DNA of 64,000 nt from positions 81,633,150 to 81,697,149 of the forward strand of contig JASCQW010000072.1 of NCBI GenBank assembly GCA_030264375.1, written 5' to 3'. The notes below the pieces were generated by a model that saw nothing but the letters and a program-made list of their open reading frames with translations, made no database searches and was not told the DNA's origin. The stretch is from Carcharhinus longimanus (taxonomy: Eukaryota). A program made the position numbers and the translations under genes. Of this stretch, positions 62,748 through 64,000 are shown piece after piece. The first letter of the stretch is position 1. Each line of letters opens with the position of its first letter.

Positions 62748-63032
62748 GGCTAGAATTCATGCCCCACTGCCAGCTAGAAGGGAGGATTTGGCGCTCAGCC
62801 AAATCTCCATTCACTGCAGTGGGTTGGAGAATTCCAGCTGCAGGTGAGGNNNNNNNNNNNNNNNNNNNNNNNNNNNNNNNNNNNNNNNNNNNNNNNNNNN
62901 NNNNNNNNNNNNNNNNNNNNNNNNNNNNNNNNNNNNNNNNNNNNNNNNNATTCACTGCAGTGGGTTGGAGAATTCCAGCTGCAGGTGAGGTCGGAGAATT
63001 CCAGCTGCAGGTGAGGTCGGAGAATTCCAGCC
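62748..63032. mobile_element. Harbinger-type MITE with internal 26-bp tandem repeat, spanning gap 62850-62949
   Basis: GGCTAGAATTC / GAATTCCAGCC ends; GGAGAATTCCAGCTGCAGGTGAGG repeated. Confidence 0.6.
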
Positions 63033-63457
63033 TTTCTCACATCTGGCAACAAGGGTGTTAGCTTGAGTATTTGAAATAAGGCTTGAATTCAAAATCCCTG
63101 GTAGAAACATCAGTGTAGTCTCCATTGAGCAGGGGCAAATATCTGAACACTAAAACACTGTGAAATGGATATCACAACTCCATGTGTGACTGAACTATGG
63201 GAATCACAAATTAGGTTCTTTAAAATTAAAACTTCATCGTGCCAAGTACAATCCATTTTATTGCATTTCAGAACACTGAGAGCTTCACCATGGTAGTGAC
63301 GGAAATATTCAAAGAAATGCATTCAACCAAGAAACAGCTGGTCACAAAGAAAAAAATACAATCATAAAGAAAACAAATTTGCAGATTAGCTTCGACGGAA
63401 ATATTCCTTTGATTAAAATTATTCATCCCTGCAAGTTAGTAAACTTAGTAGAATAAA

Positions 63458-63763
63458 GGTGGTGTGCTGGCAGAGTGGTTAGTACTGCTGCTTCACAGTG
63501 CCGGAGATCTGGATTCAATTCCGGCCTTGGGTGATTGTCTATGTGGAGTTTGCACATTCACCCAGTGTCTGTGTGGGTCTCTGCTGGGTGCTTGGGTTTC
63601 CTCCCACAGTCAAAAGATGTGCAGGTTAGATGGATTGGCCATGTTAAATGTGTGGGGTTACAGGGATAGGGTAGGGGAGAGGACCTGGGTAAGATACTCT
63701 GTCAGAGTTAGTGCAGACGCGATGAAATGAATGGCCTCCTTCTGCACTGTATGGATTCTATGA
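63458..63763 (+). mobile_element. HE1-type V-SINE (type A)
   Basis: GCTGGCAGAGTGGTTAGTAC..GGATTCAATTCC; tail AATGGCCTCCTTCTGCACTGTATGGATTCTATGA. Confidence 0.9.
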
Positions 63764-63794
63764 CCCTTTGAAGATGCAAAATATTAGCTCCATT

Positions 63795-63850
63795 ACCTCT
63801 CCACTGATGCTGTCAGACCTGCTGAGATTTTCCAGCAATTTCTGTTTTTG
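63795..63850 (+). mobile_element. PLE family-1 terminus
   Basis: CTCTCCACTGATGCTGTCAGACCTGCTGAGATTTTCCAGCAATTTCTGTTTT. Confidence 0.75.
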
Positions 63851-64000
63851 TGGTCTCACCAGTACCTTGTACAGTTACAGCAAGACTTTCCTACTCTTAT
63901 GCTCCAACCCCCTTGAAATAAGGGTCAACATTAGCCTTCCTGATTATCTGCTGCACTTGCGTGCTAGTTCTTTGTTTCATGCAGAAGTACCTCTGAAGTC
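63851..64000 (-). mobile_element. CR1 fragment
   Basis: GGTCTCACCAGTACCTTGTACAG..AGCCTTCCTGATTA is the reverse complement of the LYKVLVRP and IRKAN region. Confidence 0.8.

Overview
Eukaryotic, repeat-dense, apparently intronic/intergenic DNA from a draft assembly with seven N-gaps. The repeat content (HE1/V-SINEs, CR1 LINEs, SacSINE1-like DeuSINEs) points to a shark/elasmobranch; this is an inference. No host protein-coding gene, rRNA, tRNA gene or CRISPR array is supportable. The recognisable ORFs are decayed retroelement fragments: CR1, a second CR1/L2-group LINE, L2, Rex1/Babar-like, RTE and Penelope-like (PLE). There are also many PIF/Harbinger-type MITEs, one hAT-type MITE and a probable solo LTR. 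Most interesting: (i) minimal type-I hammerhead ribozyme motifs in two PLE terminal-repeat families, one with an intact core (19-55) and one with a compensatory U3-A8 core variant (9567-9605); (ii) a ~210-bp fold-back PLE derivative with a 14-bp target-site duplication (TSD) that carries a hammerhead motif (31246-31455); (iii) a 3.3-kb block bounded by two HE1 SINEs and bracketed by a perfect 14-bp direct repeat (7687-11017); (iv) a V-SINE subfamily whose tail appears borrowed from the Rex1-like LINE rather than from CR1. Family names come from motif recognition, not database searches, and the boundaries of degenerate elements are approximate.
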